This document shows, piece after piece, positions 62,628 to 64,000 of a DNA stretch of 64,000 nt. A program made the translations under genes and the position numbers. The DNA comes from an uncultured Gammaproteobacteria bacterium (lineage in GTDB: Bacteria; Pseudomonadota; Gammaproteobacteria; Steroidobacterales; Steroidobacteraceae): contig CAVZRQ010000008.1 of the NCBI GenBank assembly GCA_963777735.1, positions 81,647 through 145,646 of the forward strand, in the 5' to 3' direction. Every line of letters starts with the position of its first letter. Within the stretch, counting starts at the first letter, position 1. Below the pieces are notes generated by a model. The model saw nothing but the letters and a program-made list of their open reading frames with translations. It was not told the DNA's origin and searched no databases.

Positions 62628-63346
62628 GCGGCGAGCTCGAGGGCCGCGTCATCGCCATCACCGGTGCAACGGGCGGGATGGGCCGCGCCATCGCGCTGGC
62701 GGCAGTTCGGGAAGGTGCCGAAGTCATCATCCTGGCGCGCAACCTGCGCAAACTTCAGGCCCTGCACGCCGAACTCGAACAGCTGGCGCCTGGCGCTGCG
62801 CTGATGGTGCAGATCGATCTGGAAAAGGCGCTGGCCAACGACTACGACCGCATCGCCGAAGCCACCTTGAGCCGCTATGGAAGGCTCGATGGGCTGGTGC
62901 ATTGCGCCGGCCTGCTGGGCACGCTCACGCCCATCGACCAATACGATGTGCCCACCTGGTGCCGCGTGATGCATGTGAATGTCACCGCCGCGTTCGCCCT
63001 GACGCAGGTGCTGCTGCCAGCGCTGCGCAAATCCGCGGACGCCTCGGTCATCTTCACTTCCAGTGGCGTGGGTCGGAAGGGGCGCGCCTACTGGGGTGCC
63101 TATGCCGTGTCGAAATTCGCGCTGGAAGGTCTGTCGCAGGTCCTGGCCGCAGAACTGGAAGGCAACACAGCAGTTCGCGTCAACACGCTGAACCCCGGCC
63201 CGATCCGCACCGTCATGCGCCGGCAGGCCTATCCATCAGAGAATCTGGAATCCCTGCCGCTGCCCGAGACGCTGACCGACCCCTACCTGCGGCTGCTGGG
63301 GCCGCGCGGCAAAGGCATCACGGGGCAGGTTCTGAACTGTCAGTAG
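62624..63346 (+). CDS. yciK: YciK-like SDR family oxidoreductase
   Basis: ITGATGGMGRA cofactor motif and the YAVSKFALEG catalytic motif. ATGA overlap with gph. Confidence 0.75.
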   Translation: MSGELEGRVIAITGATGGMGRAIALAAVREGAEVIILARNLRKLQALHAELEQLAPGAALMVQIDLEKALANDYDRIAEATLSRYGRLDGLVHCAGLLGTLTPIDQYDVPTWCRVMHVNVTAAFALTQVLLPALRKSADASVIFTSSGVGRKGRAYWGAYAVSKFALEGLSQVLAAELEGNTAVRVNTLNPGPIRTVMRRQAYPSENLESLPLPETLTDPYLRLLGPRGKGITGQVLNCQ

Positions 63347-64000
63347 CCGGTGCATCCACCAGCAGCAGCGATTCGATCTCGTCGTCCTGCAGCTGCCGCA
63401 CCTTGCCGCGGCCCAGCGTACGTTCGAGATGCAAACCGCCCATCGCCACCCGCAGCACGCGGCTCACGGTCACGCCCTGACGTTCCACCAGTGAGCGCAG
63501 ATCGCGCCCGTTGGCGCCGATCGTCGTGACCTTGTACCAGCGATTGCTGCTTTCACCGCCCGTGGGTTCGCACTCGTTGATCTGCATGCGCTCGCCGCTG
63601 TCGAGTTCGCCTTCCAGCAGACCTTCCAGCTGATCCGGCATGATCTCGCCGCGAACCCGCATGCTGAACTCGATGGGCATGGCACGGATTGCCCGCTGCA
63701 GCCGGGTTGCCAGCGCGCCATCGGAGGTCAGCAGTTCCATGCCACCATCGATGCGCGGCATCGGGCTGACAGCGATGTACCGCCGACCCACGCGCCGCGA
63801 CAGTCGCTCCGAAACGGCATTGCGGCCATCCGGTGCGGCCTCTTCTCCTGCATCCGGCGTCATCAGGTTTTCGCCGGGCGAGCGATGACAGATCCAGGTG
63901 GCGGCGCGATTGGCGGGCGCCTTGTGCACGAGGCGGCCATCCAGTCGCAACTGGTCGCTGCCCAGCGCCTTGCTTCCGAGGGTGGCCGTTTCGCCGTTGA
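63318..64000 (-). CDS. pseudouridine synthase (RsuA/RluB family)-like protein, 5' end outside window
   Basis: The frame stays open to the window edge. An S4-like segment (NGETATLGSKALGSDQLRLDGRLV) is followed by a divergent RluB-like core (PRIDGGMELLTSDGALATRL, SNRWYKV). Its 3' end overlaps the yciK end by 29 nt. Confidence 0.5.
   Translation of the reverse strand, partial: NGETATLGSKALGSDQLRLDGRLVHKAPANRAATWICHRSPGENLMTPDAGEEAAPDGRNAVSERLSRRVGRRYIAVSPMPRIDGGMELLTSDGALATRLQRAIRAMPIEFSMRVRGEIMPDQLEGLLEGELDSGERMQINECEPTGGESSNRWYKVTTIGANGRDLRSLVERQGVTVSRVLRVAMGGLHLERTLGRGKVRQLQDDEIESLLLVDAPATDSSEPAP

Overview
GC-rich chromosomal segment whose gene order matches Pseudomonas- and Xanthomonas-like gammaproteobacteria. 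I found no rRNA, tRNA, CRISPR array, transposase, integrase or phage genes. Layout, left to right: (1) the fabG-acpP-fabF-pabB-pabC-mltG-tmk-holB-pilZ housekeeping cluster. (2) An accessory stretch at 7.6-27 kb. It holds a cNMP-binding/rhodanese fusion, a FadB-like enzyme, an EEP nuclease/phosphatase, a lone TIR-like protein and a secreted protein with three Ig-like repeats. It also holds MgtC/DUF4010, a DUF898-M48 pair, an H-type lectin, a GbsR-regulated DUF4166/DCC/saccharopine-dehydrogenase operon, a DUF1800/DUF1501 pair and an acidic/basic small-protein pair. (3) A large urea locus at 27.4-44.2 kb. A detached ureG and a LuxR-type response regulator with a permease-fused hybrid histidine kinase lie on one side. 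A co-directional porin-urtABCDE-ureDABCEF-hupE block lies on the other. (4) A PchF-like flavocytochrome cluster, an MFS pump and galU. (5) The conserved ihfB-rpsA-cmk-aroA-hisC-pheA-serA-like-serC-gyrA cluster on the minus strand, then ubiG-gph-yciK. The main technical observation is at least 27 single-base reading-frame disruptions, mostly +1 insertions at short G/C or A/T runs. They are clustered at 9.8-11 kb and 45.5-58.1 kb and hit essential genes (rpsA, aroA, cmk, ihfB, serC). I read these as sequencing or assembly errors rather than real pseudogenes. The most interesting biological candidate is the NCS1-permease-like domain fused to a hybrid sensor kinase next to the urea uptake/urease operon. 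All family assignments come from reading the translations by eye; no searches were run.
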